A DNA stretch of 64,000 bases, from contig JAUPSS010000011.1 in assembly GCA_040285825.1 (NCBI GenBank), positions 186,001 through 250,000 of the forward strand. Direction: 5' to 3'. Both the position numbers and the translations under genes were made by a program. Positions 22,293 through 34,100 of the stretch are shown here, one piece after another. The number at the start of each line of letters is the position of its first letter. Position 1 is the first letter of the stretch. The notes under the pieces are model-generated. The model was not told where the DNA came from and made no database searches. It saw nothing but the letters and a program-made list of their open reading frames with translations. This stretch comes from Eukaryota sp. TZLM1-RC. Its lineage: Eukaryota > Protista > Metamonada: BaSk clade.

Positions 22293-24740
22293 TCACAGAG
22301 ACAACTGTTCTTTAAAGGATTTGAGCCAATCATTGTGACAACTGAGCCTTTCTCGAGCTCTACCACGTGTCTCAGCTCTTGTCAACAAAAATTTCAAATA
22401 ATTGACATCTGACAATAAATCAGCCTTGTGGGTGACACTATCAAATTTTGACCCAGCCTTAACTTGATCTCCATTCCAACCGACATGCTTTGGGACTCCT
22501 GATTCTATAACTTGGCCAAAATAAGTACTTTCTCTCTCGGTTAGCATGGACTCTGCCATTTTAAACTGTTTCATTTTATCATTAAGTCGTCTGGTCTCGT
22601 CTTCCAGTGATCTCTTCTCGTCAATCAGAAAAGAGCTCATTTTTCCTGAATTATTTTTTAATTTTGAGAACCAATCAGATCGTCGACGAGCCAGGTCTTG
22701 TCTATTTTTGGACAAAATTGACCGCTGTTGACTCAAATATTCCCTAGCACGTTCTATTTTTGACCGTTCTAGTGCCATAGGGTCAGAATAAGGCTGACTT
22801 TCCTTGACCGGCTCTGAAACCGTTTGACCTTCATTGACTTTGACTTTAATGTTTCGAAGTTCATCACGTAACTGCGAAATTGTGTTTTCTAGGCGTTGAA
22901 TTTCTGAAATTTTTGGTTGATCCTTTCCAGATGACTCAAAATTTGGTGGTGGCTGACCAAAGGATTCCACTGTAGACTTTACAGTGCCCTCAAAATTTGG
23001 GCCAAACGTTCCTTTTTCAAATTTTGGAGGTAGTTCCTTTTTGAGCTCCTCATGAACCCTTCTCGTCTCATCTATTACATCATCTAGATCCTGTTTTTCT
23101 ACCAATTTTTCATCAAACTCAGACTTTAAAGCTTCAACTTCACCCTGCAAATAAAGATACTCTCTATTTAAATTTGCAACTTCCTTTTCCAGTCTTTGAA
23201 TTTCCTGTTCTTTTCCAGCTATCACGTCATCTTTTTGAACTATCATGTCATCTTTTTGAGCTAAAATTGGAGAAACTCTAGGAGTTTGGGCCTTTTGATC
23301 CAATAATTCAGCATTAAGACCAGCTATTTTGTTTTCCAGTGCTTTGATTTGCTGATAAAGGTCGGTACTTTCCCTTTTCAGATTAAAATTTTCAGTCTCG
23401 AGTGAGGTGATCCTTTCATGATCTCTTTTCTGTGTATCCTCATCAGTCTCTTGTTCTTCCTTTTCTTCCTTCTTCTCTAATTTTGATGTCTTTTCAGTCA
23501 ATTGTTTTTGTAATTCAACTTCAACCCTATCAATTTCACTCTGGAAATCACTTGAAAGTCTTGATAATTCTTCCTGATGTCCACGTGTCATGACGTCAAC
23601 ATTTCTCTGGTGCTCGTCCAAAATTTTCCGCTTTTGACAACTCAATTCTTCTTCTAATGCAGCAATTTCATCGCTAAATTCTGATTTTAATTCTTGAATT
23701 TCTTGTTTCCGCTGTTCTGAAATTTCAGTTTTTTGCTGATCAAATTCAGCTAATAATTGAGCTTTGGCTTTTTCAAAATCATCTTTAATTAAAATTATTT
23801 CTTGTGAATTTTGCTGAGAAAGTTCTTTCTTATCCTTCACAAATTGCTCCTTCTCCATGTTCAGTTGGGATTTTAAATTCTCCAATTCCTGCTTTTCTCG
23901 GTCAAGATTGGATTTTTGACGCTCATATTGACTCTTGTTGACTTCCAATTGACTCTTCAAGACTTCCAAATCATTCTGTTCTTTTTCGACCCCTTTTTTG
24001 ACCTCACTAAGTTCTTTTTTGAGCTGTTCAAACTTTTCTTTCTCCGACTCTAACTTCAGTTTTTGTTCTTCAATTTCTTCAAACCCACTCAACAATTCTT
24101 GTTTTTCTTCTCTTAATCGTTGTCTTTCCTTTATAATACTTTCATAGTCACTCCCACTGCTGACGCCATCATGATCACGTGATAAATCCCCAATTTCATC
24201 TAATGAAGGTTTGACTAAAGTGTTGGGGACTAAGTCTCGTGAACTACCTTGACCAAGCTTGACTTCTTGAGAAATCTGACCGGATGATCCAGGTAAACGT
24301 GATGGCAAGGCTGTAGGCAAAGAAGGGATAGGTTTTAAAGCAGGTTTTATTGGTAAAAGAGATGATTTTCCGGCACTTCCCACCCTAACAGGCAAAGCCC
24401 CTCCTTTGCTCTGACTTTTATGGTCTTGGGACAGGGAGAATGGGGATTCACGGGAACGCAGCTTGGAACGTTCCTGGATGACTTTTGCTTTGAAATCAGC
24501 ATCAGAGGGATGTTCCCAGTGTGAGGTTTTACTGGTTTGATCGTAATAATAGACAGTATCATCGTCGTTTTGGAAAGCAGTCCATCCAGGTGGGAGAGGG
24601 GCTTTGAGTCCTTCTCGTGCGATCCATAAAAGCTCCTTATCGGCTTCAGGATCCATCCCAAGATATCGAGCATATTCTATTATTTCAGAATCATCTGGTT
24701 CAAAATTAGGATCAATTGCTGGTAAAGGCTGAGGGACCAT
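22293..24740 (-). CDS. CEP164: Centriolar distal-appendage protein CEP164-like (WW domain + coiled coil)
   Basis: EIIEYARYLGMDP..ELLWIAREGLKAPLPPGW..YYYD..SHWEHP followed by a long coiled coil; ATG at 24740. Confidence 0.85.
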   Translation of the reverse strand: MVPQPLPAIDPNFEPDDSEIIEYARYLGMDPEADKELLWIAREGLKAPLPPGWTAFQNDDDTVYYYDQTSKTSHWEHPSDADFKAKVIQERSKLRSRESPFSLSQDHKSQSKGGALPVRVGSAGKSSLLPIKPALKPIPSLPTALPSRLPGSSGQISQEVKLGQGSSRDLVPNTLVKPSLDEIGDLSRDHDGVSSGSDYESIIKERQRLREEKQELLSGFEEIEEQKLKLESEKEKFEQLKKELSEVKKGVEKEQNDLEVLKSQLEVNKSQYERQKSNLDREKQELENLKSQLNMEKEQFVKDKKELSQQNSQEIILIKDDFEKAKAQLLAEFDQQKTEISEQRKQEIQELKSEFSDEIAALEEELSCQKRKILDEHQRNVDVMTRGHQEELSRLSSDFQSEIDRVEVELQKQLTEKTSKLEKKEEKEEQETDEDTQKRDHERITSLETENFNLKRESTDLYQQIKALENKIAGLNAELLDQKAQTPRVSPILAQKDDMIVQKDDVIAGKEQEIQRLEKEVANLNREYLYLQGEVEALKSEFDEKLVEKQDLDDVIDETRRVHEELKKELPPKFEKGTFGPNFEGTVKSTVESFGQPPPNFESSGKDQPKISEIQRLENTISQLRDELRNIKVKVNEGQTVSEPVKESQPYSDPMALERSKIERAREYLSQQRSILSKNRQDLARRRSDWFSKLKNNSGKMSSFLIDEKRSLEDETRRLNDKMKQFKMAESMLTERESTYFGQVIESGVPKHVGWNGDQVKAGSKFDSVTHKADLLSDVNYLKFLLTRAETRGRARERLSCHNDWLKSFKEQLSL

Positions 24741-25139
24741 CACTAAGAGATGGAACAAGATTGGTGAAGTGGGATCAAACAACACTTAATATGGCAGATG
24801 AAGATTGAAAACAATTTTCACAACTTAATCACTGATTATTCAGTGCTACAGTTTTTGTATTTGTGCTGAAAGGGTCAAAGAAGGAGACAATCTGAGACCA
24901 TTATATATCAGACGTTTAATTAAAAACAAAAAAACTTTTTCCCTATTTAGAATCAACTACAGGGCTTGCAAAACATTAAAGTCACCCACATGATGACAAT
25001 ATTATTCAACCTTATCAGACAATCAGATGCAAGATTCTCAAGCAGAGAAAGTGCAGTACGAGCATTGAGGAGCTCGTATTGGAAACTTTTGCTCAATGAT
25101 ATGTAGCTCTTAGTACCCAGTGTTATTACAGAAAGTTTA

Positions 25140-25335
25140 AAGCCTTGTCCTTCGACCTAAAACCTAAATAGGACAACACCATTTCTAGACTCTGGTCTTA
25201 ACACAATACAATATGATTAGGGAAGGCAAGACCACCTTTACATTTTGGTAAAGTCAGAGAGTGCACCTCTGCACTTCCTATATTCTCTAATCATGATCTA
25301 ATTTCATTGTGATTTTTGATGAATTTAGACCAGGG
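25140..25335 (-). ncRNA. Structured RNA with the same fold as the 45.2-kb candidate omegaRNA
   Basis: Four helical domains in the same order: 25331-25319/25307-25295; 25294-25284/25223-25213 enclosing two hairpins; AGAC/GUCU at 25198-25187; UUGUCCU/AGGACAA at 25176-25170/25151-25145. Confidence 0.55.
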
Positions 25336-25399
25336 AGGACTAAGGAGGTTCAAAATTCTATTTTATTTTTATTAACTTGAGCAGACTGTCGTTTGAGAA

Positions 25400-25555
25400 G
25401 AATTTACTTCACTGATCGTCTCTACCAGCTTAATTCAAACTTTTTCTTCCTTTTCAAAACGTTCAGGAAGAACAAAACATGCAATGTTGGAGAATTAGAT
25501 TCCTTTGTCGAAATTCTTCGTTAATTAATAAACTACATTTGTTTTCGCATTTGTT
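25400..25555 (-). pseudogene. Possible very decayed Fanzor C-terminus
   Basis: KCENKCSLLIN...RNLIL and (frameshifted) LPERF, compared with CTECQIVYDRD..KNIQI..WPERY of the 45-kb Fanzor; lies just upstream of the structured RNA. Confidence 0.35.
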
Positions 25556-25574
25556 ATTGACTCATAACTAATGA

Positions 25575-26140
25575 AACAAACTTGTCTTGTGATATTTGGT
25601 TATAAAAATCCAATATTGGAACACAACAAGGATTTCGCAGAGCTTTTTAGCCATAACATAAGAGAATTTCATTCCTTGCTTTTGTGATGTAACAACATAA
25701 ACCATAAACCGCATCATGAAGTAAATGTTCTACAACAATATAGTAACAATATTCTTCACTTTGGAACATCATTGAAATGATAGACTTGTAGTTGAAAGCA
25801 TGAAATATCAGAGTATTGAATTTTTTTGTCAAATAGAAACTTTTCGTTGAATCTTTTCCTTTATTTCTGTCAGAAAAATATTTGCCAATAGGTGTATATC
25901 GTTAATGAAAAGACCACTTATTCCAAAGTCTACAATGAAAAGCATCTGTAATAAAAGAGCATTTTGAACTCTCAAATGCTCGTGCTTCATGTATTCTGGT
26001 AGAAAATCTCGTATATGGTTGTCTGATGTAGAATGATAGAAACACCTTGGTTGGTGATTTAACAATGTTGCACATTCAGTATTTGACGTTGATTGTATGG
26101 GTGAAAGAGTTGTTTTGTTATCACCAAAACGTTATTAATA
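25575..26140 (-). repeat. Unclassified dispersed decayed repeat (family C); other pieces at ~25010-25100, 29250-29345, 31050-31185, 60800-61013 and 62898-63120
   Basis: Shared strings ATTGGAACACAACAAGGATTTCG, TTTCATTCCTTGC, CTCTCAAATGCTCGT, AATCTCGTAT. Confidence 0.75.
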
Positions 26141-26148
26141 AATTAAGG

Positions 26149-28500
26149 TCCGTTTTGAGTTTAAGGTCTGTAGTAATTGATGTTGTAGATTAATAGGTGT
26201 ACCTGACTTCGAGACTGCTCAATTGTCTCTCAGTGACTGAAAACAATTGAATCTCAAAAGAACATTTCAATTGCCCAAAATTTCCATTTTCGATTCAATG
26301 GGAGTTTCCGGACTGCTTTCCTACACGAAACGCCACCCTCGACAACATACATTTGACTTTAATAAACGACAATCTCACGAAGTTCATATAGCTGTCGATA
26401 CTTCCAACATCATCCATTCATTCTTGAAGTCCTTCTTTCCCGATTACCTCAACTTGCCATTTTACGCTAACGGAGTCGACGCTGTTTCGTTTTACAATTA
26501 CAGTGTTCAACTTTTCAGTCAAATAAGAGCTCGTAACATCATCCTACACTTCTTTGTTGAGAAGAAGAATCAACACGACCTGAATGCAAAGTTTGATAAA
26601 AAACAGCATTATTGGCTTGACGAAAAAAAAGAGGTAGTGTTGAATAAAGGATACACAATGGCAGATGACCCCGACTCTTTGCACCGCATCTTCAACAAAG
26701 CAGCACATCAAAGTGGTCATGTACTGAAGTTTGTCCCTGGCGAAGGTGATTATTACATGGCAAATGATGTTTGTAACGGAACATGCTCTGCTGTTTGGAG
26801 TGGTGACAGCGACTTTGTTGTTTTCCCTGGGTGTAAAATGATCCTTCTTGACAAAAACTTCTCTCGACTGCTCGATAACCTGAAAAACAATAAAGAAGCG
26901 AATCATAAAGTGTTTTCCCAACATGATGTTGCCCAAAGCTTAAAGCTATCAGATGATGATATGATTTTGTTGGCCATTATGTGTGGAAGTGATTTTGTAG
27001 AGATAAAGCTCGGACCTTACATGAATAATCTTTCAAACGAAAAGTCTTACATAGGGAGACTGGAAGATATTGCAAGGCAATTGAAGGGTCCCCATCACGG
27101 CGCACGGTTACGCAACAAATGGGAAGAAATTCTACAAAACGACCCAAATCTGTCCAAGCTTGTGAACACTCAGAAAATGTTTTACCGGTATCAGATGCTT
27201 CAAGATGAAGACATTTTTATACTTGAACCCACAATGGAGTTCTCATCCCTCATCAAGCATCACACCATGTATTTATTTAAACGAAAAATTATATTATTCA
27301 ATCCAAATGTAATGATCGGGAACACATTTATTGTCAGTTTTTTTCACAAAATTATCAAGGGTTGCTATGCTCTATACTGGCGTCAGTTAGGACACACGGA
27401 AATTGCAAAGACCCTGTGTGTTGGGCAGCTCAAACCCGAGGAGTACGATTATCGCAAGAAGATAAAGCGATTCAACTGCGTCGAGAATATCCCAAAGTGG
27501 TTTTCTTATAATGAACCAATGGGTCTGACTGGACGAATACAGATGGCTTTCACCTTACTCGATCACTGGAGACCCAAGCGTTCTTTCATCACAACACCAC
27601 TTTCAGAGGTTCTTTTTCAGCAACTCGCTGACCTGTATCAACACACACCAGCTTTTGTTATGTTGGCAATGGTTCTGCGGTTCTTATACCATCTCACAGT
27701 TTTTCACTCAAACTTGTTCTCACCAACTGACCTTGCATTGTTTTCCTTTGTTTGTATCAATGGAATGAAAACGCCATTCAAACTCACTGAACAGTTTGAT
27801 GCTGGTTATGAATCATTTGTTAGGTTTAAAGTGCTTATTACCCTTATGGAACATATCTACCATTTGACCAATCTTTTGAATTTACCAGAATGCTTCCAAT
27901 TGCATTCAATGATTAATTATTCATTGTTTAGCTATTTACGTATGAAAATTCACTCATCAAATATTTCTGGTGCAAACCCAGTTGGTGGTCTTTTGGAGGC
28001 CTTTGATGAGAATCTTATTGAATGGTCTCTTCGATCTCAGCTTCAAAATGATCAGAATGTGGCTCTTTTGATGCGTTTTCTGAGTAATTTTTACGGCATA
28101 CAAGATACATGTTCCTTTGACAATCTGAAACTTGAAGAAATTGCTGATTGGGATAATTTGAATAAGTACAAAGTTAAAGGGCCAAGTCTTGAGGCATTCA
28201 GTAGTGTTGAGGAAGATGTTCAGTGGGACGATCGATATGATCTCAAAGTGGAATTACCAAGTCCTGAGGCAGACCGTAGTGTTGAGGAAGATGTTCAGTC
28301 TAGTGTGGTTGACAGTCTCAATGTTAGAATTAATACCATCGCGAGACCTATGAACACTCAGGGAATTTCTAGTGTCAATTCTTTTGATTTATTATGTGAA
28401 GAATAATTAATTGTCATTTACAAAAATGTGTTTTGTATATAGAAATAAATTTTTTGTTTAAAGTTGTGTTTAATAAAATTCGTTGTTTTAGAAATCATAC
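26149..28500 (+). repeat. Left arm of 2352-bp inverted duplication (right arm 35495-37846)
   Basis: Boundaries TCCGTTTT.AGTTTAAGG and AGAAATCATAC are mirrored in reverse complement in the right arm. Confidence 0.92.
26298..28406 (+). CDS. PIN-domain nuclease, XPG/FEN1-fold Asteroid-like, copy 1
   Basis: MGVSGLLSY, IAVDTSN, GEGDYYMA, SGDSDF, H3TH-like LAIMCGSDF; 702 aa from the ATG. Confidence 0.8.
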   Translation: MGVSGLLSYTKRHPRQHTFDFNKRQSHEVHIAVDTSNIIHSFLKSFFPDYLNLPFYANGVDAVSFYNYSVQLFSQIRARNIILHFFVEKKNQHDLNAKFDKKQHYWLDEKKEVVLNKGYTMADDPDSLHRIFNKAAHQSGHVLKFVPGEGDYYMANDVCNGTCSAVWSGDSDFVVFPGCKMILLDKNFSRLLDNLKNNKEANHKVFSQHDVAQSLKLSDDDMILLAIMCGSDFVEIKLGPYMNNLSNEKSYIGRLEDIARQLKGPHHGARLRNKWEEILQNDPNLSKLVNTQKMFYRYQMLQDEDIFILEPTMEFSSLIKHHTMYLFKRKIILFNPNVMIGNTFIVSFFHKIIKGCYALYWRQLGHTEIAKTLCVGQLKPEEYDYRKKIKRFNCVENIPKWFSYNEPMGLTGRIQMAFTLLDHWRPKRSFITTPLSEVLFQQLADLYQHTPAFVMLAMVLRFLYHLTVFHSNLFSPTDLALFSFVCINGMKTPFKLTEQFDAGYESFVRFKVLITLMEHIYHLTNLLNLPECFQLHSMINYSLFSYLRMKIHSSNISGANPVGGLLEAFDENLIEWSLRSQLQNDQNVALLMRFLSNFYGIQDTCSFDNLKLEEIADWDNLNKYKVKGPSLEAFSSVEEDVQWDDRYDLKVELPSPEADRSVEEDVQSSVVDSLNVRINTIARPMNTQGISSVNSFDLLCEE

Positions 28501-30219
28501 TTGGAAAATTCAAATACAGTGTATTTTTTGTATTTTCTCCAAATGTCTTCCAACGGTTCTACTATTAATTCCTTTTCCCCTGATTAGACTCTTCCAAGTG
28601 GCTTCACTGTGAAAGTCACCACATCAAAGAATGCCCTGTGAATTATGGTAGCTTCACGCAACACCAAAACGTCCTCTCAGTCCGACTTTTATTGTTTTGA
28701 ATGTTCATCCACTTTTGTGAACAGAAACACTTCTCGATTTTTAGATTGAATTTTTAGTTATAACCTTCTGCAGATCCAATGAGTAGTTTCACTGATTCTC
28801 AGTCATCTGATATAGTAGAAAGTTGTGTTTTTCTGAAGGCAGGAAAAAAGTGAAGAAAGAAAAGGAATGCTTCAACTGATGTGAAGAATTGAATGTTATT
28901 CAAATCAACAAAAGGAAGTACACACGCACTCATTTATGATAGTTGTTTCTTTGTTTTGTAGCTTTCGGGGTGTTTCTACAATGAATTGAGTATGTTGGCT
29001 TGTCATTAATTGTTGAAACTTATTACCTGATTGCCAGTAATTATATGATGCATCGATTGTTTCTAAATTGTATTTTTGCCCTGTATTTTTGATTTCTTGA
29101 ATTTCATGTATTTTTTTTGAGTAAAATCTGTATTTTCTAGGTAGGTTAGAAACAGTTATCCCTATAAAAAATAACTAAACAATCAATGTCAAAAATTGAG
29201 CTGACAACACGTCTCAATCACCATCAATAGTGATTACAGAAATCTATTCTGTGAGACAACCGTAGACGAGATATTCCAGCAAAAAAGTTGATGTACGAGC
29301 ATTTGAGAACTTGAAAAGGTGATGCTTTATAAATTGTTTCCATTCTAACCTTGGATTCAAAGTCTTCATTTCTAATGGCTTTTGGGGAGGGTAATTACAT
29401 TTTGAGTAATCTTTTCGTTAATGAAATACTGACAAGATGAATTACTTATCCTTTAATTGTGGCCAATATTCCGAGCCCAAAGAGAACAATAATTGTTTGA
29501 ACGAAATAATTATTTTTATTTTTATTTTTTTAATTTTATTTATTTTTTTAATTATTTTTGACAATATAAATGACACAGAAAAATATAAAAATGTGGACTT
29601 AATTTACACATTATTCGTTCAAGCTCTAAAAAACTTTTCATCATGGCTGTGAATCAACAATTTTTGAATTCATATTTATTGTAATTAATCCATCATTAGC
29701 AGTTATAGTTTTAACTTGATTAAATTATCAGATCTTGAATTTTTGTTATAGTATTTTTATTGAAAATTTCTATTGAAGCAACACTGAAGTATTGCTCAAA
29801 GAGTTGATTTCATTTCGTGTTGAATGCTTTTTAAAACAATTTAAAATTTATCATCATTTGACTTCTCACCCTCATCCAGAACCTCATACTCTGCTGAATT
29901 GAAATTGTTGATACTTAATTCGACAGCACGTGCTTTCTAGGATCATTTAGAGGTTCTAATAATATTTGAACATCATTTTAAAGCAAAAAAACTAAGATAA
30001 AAAATTGTTATATAGATGTACAAAGTTTGAATTGAAATCATTGTTGTTTTTGTTATAAATATTGACAATATTGTATTATTCATCACAGATTATTTGAGAA
30101 ATATCGTTGTAAATCAGGGTCCACATGAATACAGAATGGCATAAAACGATGAATAAAATATTGAAAATAACACAAACAACAGCCATAATGATGTATGTTT
30201 ATTGAACATACACACTTAA

Positions 30220-30310
30220 TAAAATTAATTCATAACTAATGGAACGAATATCATTGAACCAAGCTTTCTTCTACAAAATCTTGATCTACTTGCTGTCTAT
30301 GATAATTCAA
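30220..30310 (-). mobile_element. Short 3' tail of CRE-like family A
   Basis: CATAACTAATGG...ATCATTGAACCAAG...CTACAAAATCTTGATCT matches the 3' ends of the other copies. Confidence 0.75.
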
Positions 30311-31194
30311 TAAGAACTGAAAACATAATGTTGGTTCATTTTGTTGATTTTTCTTGATAATGTAATGATTATAATTGAATTTCTTGGTTTCGTTAATGTT
30401 CCGATCTTCTGTTGAAGAAATTTATTTACATGTCAACAGTGAATGCTACACCCTACAGTTCCCTTTTCGCGTTCGCTACATCATCATGTACATTTTCTAG
30501 TCAAAGATACAAACGTTTCACACAGAAGAGCATTATTGTAAGAATCAATATTCCGATCATTGTTATCACTCGGAACTTTGATTGGCATACAACGTTAAGA
30601 AAAATAGGGAAATATGTATTGGTCACCCTTAAGAGAAAAACCAATGTACAAAAGGTGAGACAGAACAGAAAGTAGAGAAGACTTGTTTCTAGGTATGATT
30701 ATATCTATTGCAAACTTATTTAATCATCTTAAACGGAAATTTTGGCCGAATGTGATAGTTTTATCCACTCAATGCAATATCAGCCCAATAGTTGTGGAAT
30801 TAGACCAGAAGGATCCAGGGAGTAACGTTAGGGGGGTTCTGACAAGGATTTATATTCAAACAGACAGACCAACACGATAATAAGTTGATCAATCTTCAGC
30901 ATAAATTGTTTTGCTTAAAGAGAATCATTGCATTAAATATCTAAAACATGATCAAAATAGCTGCGGTTCACTTGAATTTTGTTTCTGAATTATGATATCA
31001 ATTTATGAAGAGTGTTATACCACTACTTATTGCCCTTTTGATATCACCATTGGAACAAACTTGTCTTATGAAATCAAGTAACAAAAATGCATTATTGGAA
31101 CACAACAAGGATTTCGTAACATTTTTCAGCATAAGCATAAGTGGATTTCATTCCTTGCGATTGTGATGGCACAACAAATACAGCGTCACTATAT

Positions 31195-34100
31195 TTTATT
31201 TATTGAATTTGCACACTTAATTGATTAAACCATAACTAATGAGACGACTATCATTGAACCAAGATTTCCTCTACAAAATCTTGATCTGCTTGCTGTCTAG
31301 CTAAAGCTTCTCTTATTCGATTGAAAAACCGAGGTAATCTATTAACAATGGCAAATTGAATCCGTGAACGCCATAAAAAAATATCAACTCTTTTCATTGT
31401 TTTTTCTTGCACCATTTTTTGGAAGTCATTCAAAAAAGTTTCTGCTTCATCTGATAATCTTCCATTTATCTAAAATGGGAAAGCAATAAAAACCAGCTGT
31501 GTATTTCTATCGGCATTAGCCTCTTCAATATCTTTATCATATTTTCTATGTTTCTCTTTTGCTTTAAAATCAAGAGCAGTCACAGAATTAAGTTTTCTTC
31601 TGTGAACCAAAGTATCATTTGCAACATTACATGAGACAAAGTCAACAATAGCTTCAGAATTATCAATCCAATCACAGTATACATCACCTCTATCATCAGA
31701 ACCAAAATTATTCAGAGAAAGTGTTTCCTTCAGCAGGGGATCTTTGATACATTACATCCTTGCAGTTTGTGCCATATTGAAAACAGTGTCTCTACAGCAT
31801 CATGTAATGAAGAACGATAAGTTATCAATTTAGAGCAATTCAGAGCATGGCACAAAGTGAGTTGAGGTGAATTCGAACAAATACATTTTTCTTTTGATAA
31901 CAATTGATTAATGGGGATGTTCAAATATAATCTCATTTTTGTTACAAATACTTCATTAGTGGCACACAATCCAAATCTTCGTGGTACAATGGTTACAAAA
32001 AGTGAAGAATCTGACGACTTGTTTTCACAAACACCTTTTTCCAACAACATTGAAGGCAGATCTTGATTTAAAACAGCCAAGCTGCATAAATTTTTATAAA
32101 GATCATTTTCATACATTCCAGTCAAACGTTTTTGTAATGTTCGAAGAGTATCCTTCAAATTTAAAAATTCGTTGCTGGAATTTTGCCATTGAATGATTGG
32201 GGAAAGCATCGACCCCATTTTTCTGCATCAATTTTTGAAATTTCTTCATTTACTGCAAAAACAGTGGAACTTTGCGTTGTCATCAATAAATCTTCCCAAT
32301 CTGCAAATTTTTCGGAAAACTCAAAGATTGTGTTTCTGCATCCACCAACAAAAGCACACGAGGTAAGAATAGAAGCCTTCGTCCACCCTAAACCGCCATA
32401 ATGTGGACTGAGGTAAGCATGATCTGGAATCTGGAACATTTGACATCCCAGTAATTGTGACAGAACTTTTGCACGTAATTCGTAAAACTTCTGAGCCAAA
32501 GATCTAGTGACGAGAGGATTTGTAGATCGAAATATATGATCGAAATTGGAACTAAAACACAGTCTTATAATGGTAAATTTGATGTGTTTTTGTATATCTA
32601 AATTCATCATTCGGTCAATTTTGTCAGAAATTGAGTTCAACTTTCCAAACAATTTTTTGGTTATTTCACCGCTATTTCCTAAAAACGAACCCAAATGACG
32701 AATAGCATCAATTGAATAGAATTTGGCTTGAATTTCAATACCATCAACTATTATGGAAACTGGAGAATTCGATAACAAAACACATTTAAGTAAATTAAGT
32801 CGGAGACCAATTTTGGTAAATAATTCTTAAAAACATACAGTTGCTTGTTTCACAATATTTAAATCATCAATTATTACAACATCATCCATATATGAAATAA
32901 TTTTTAGCGAAGGAAACAACTCTTGAATTTGCAGTAAATTAGGATGAATGGCCAAAAAAAACAAAAGAGGTCCTAACGGATCTCCTTGCTTTACACCACT
33001 TGATGAACTCAAAATGCAATAACCAAAATGTAAATTAAAATTTGTGCTATTTGTTGATTGAAAATACGGCATTAATTTAGGCATATATTGCAATAAAGCA
33101 CCATGGATACTGCGACGACATAGTGAATTGGAAAGCATTACTGAAATCCAATGACATACAAACATTGGAGTCATTTTGGCGAATTAATACATCAGTAGCA
33201 AATATCGCTGAAGAGACTCCATCCGTGGTATTCCATATTGAAAGGTTAATAAAATTTTTTTGCTTTCTCATTAAACCTGCTTGAGCAACACGCAGAAAAA
33301 TATTTTGTAAGCTCTCAGAGACTGCAATAGCACGAACAGCCATTTTTGAATTTTTGACAAGTGCAGTCAAACGAGAACTTCTTAATTCTTCTGGGTATTT
33401 GAGTTGACCAGACAATATTTTGTTGAAAAATTTGGTTAATAAACCAAGACAATCCTCTGAAGAAATAATTGCGGCTTTTACATGATCAATAGTAATACCA
33501 GAAAGTCCGGCAGACTTACCGCCTGGTCTCTTTTTGATTACCGAAAAAACTTCTGATGGCATCAATGGATAATTTTCCCAGTAAGTGCCGTAAAACTTTT
33601 GATCCATTATAGGGTCTTCATAAGGATGAAGTATTTTTAGTTTATCTATTGTATTTTCATTGTTGGGTGCTTTAACTCCGGGACTTAAAGCTGACAAAGC
33701 CTTGGACCATTTGTTATCAAAGCATTTGTCTTCAAAAATTTTACTTAATTTCTCGGATGACTGATTTTTTGGTGCTATATTAGTTAAATCTTCGGAATTA
33801 TTTACGAAATTTTGTTCAAAAGGAGGACAAAAAGAACTTAAAAATTCCCAAAGAATATTGATAGCATTATTTCCTTTACATAATTGATCCAAAAATCTTT
33901 TAAAAACGAAAGCAAATTCATTGCATTTTGACGGATGAATTTCTTAAGATATTTTTATGGGAGGATGGTAGTTATGAACTGTGCGGCATTTCAAGCATCG
34001 ATCAGAAGTATTTCCTTTTGCATTTTTTCTAAAAGAAATACCACAATTGTTGCAAGTTTTGTGCTTCAAACGATTGCTAACTGGTTTTGCAAAAACTTGT

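Noticed and set aside
25255-25271. U1 snRNA (AGUGCAC loop resembling the U1A site) on the + strand
   Set aside because: No ACUUACC 5' end or Sm site; the minus-strand fold explains the region better.
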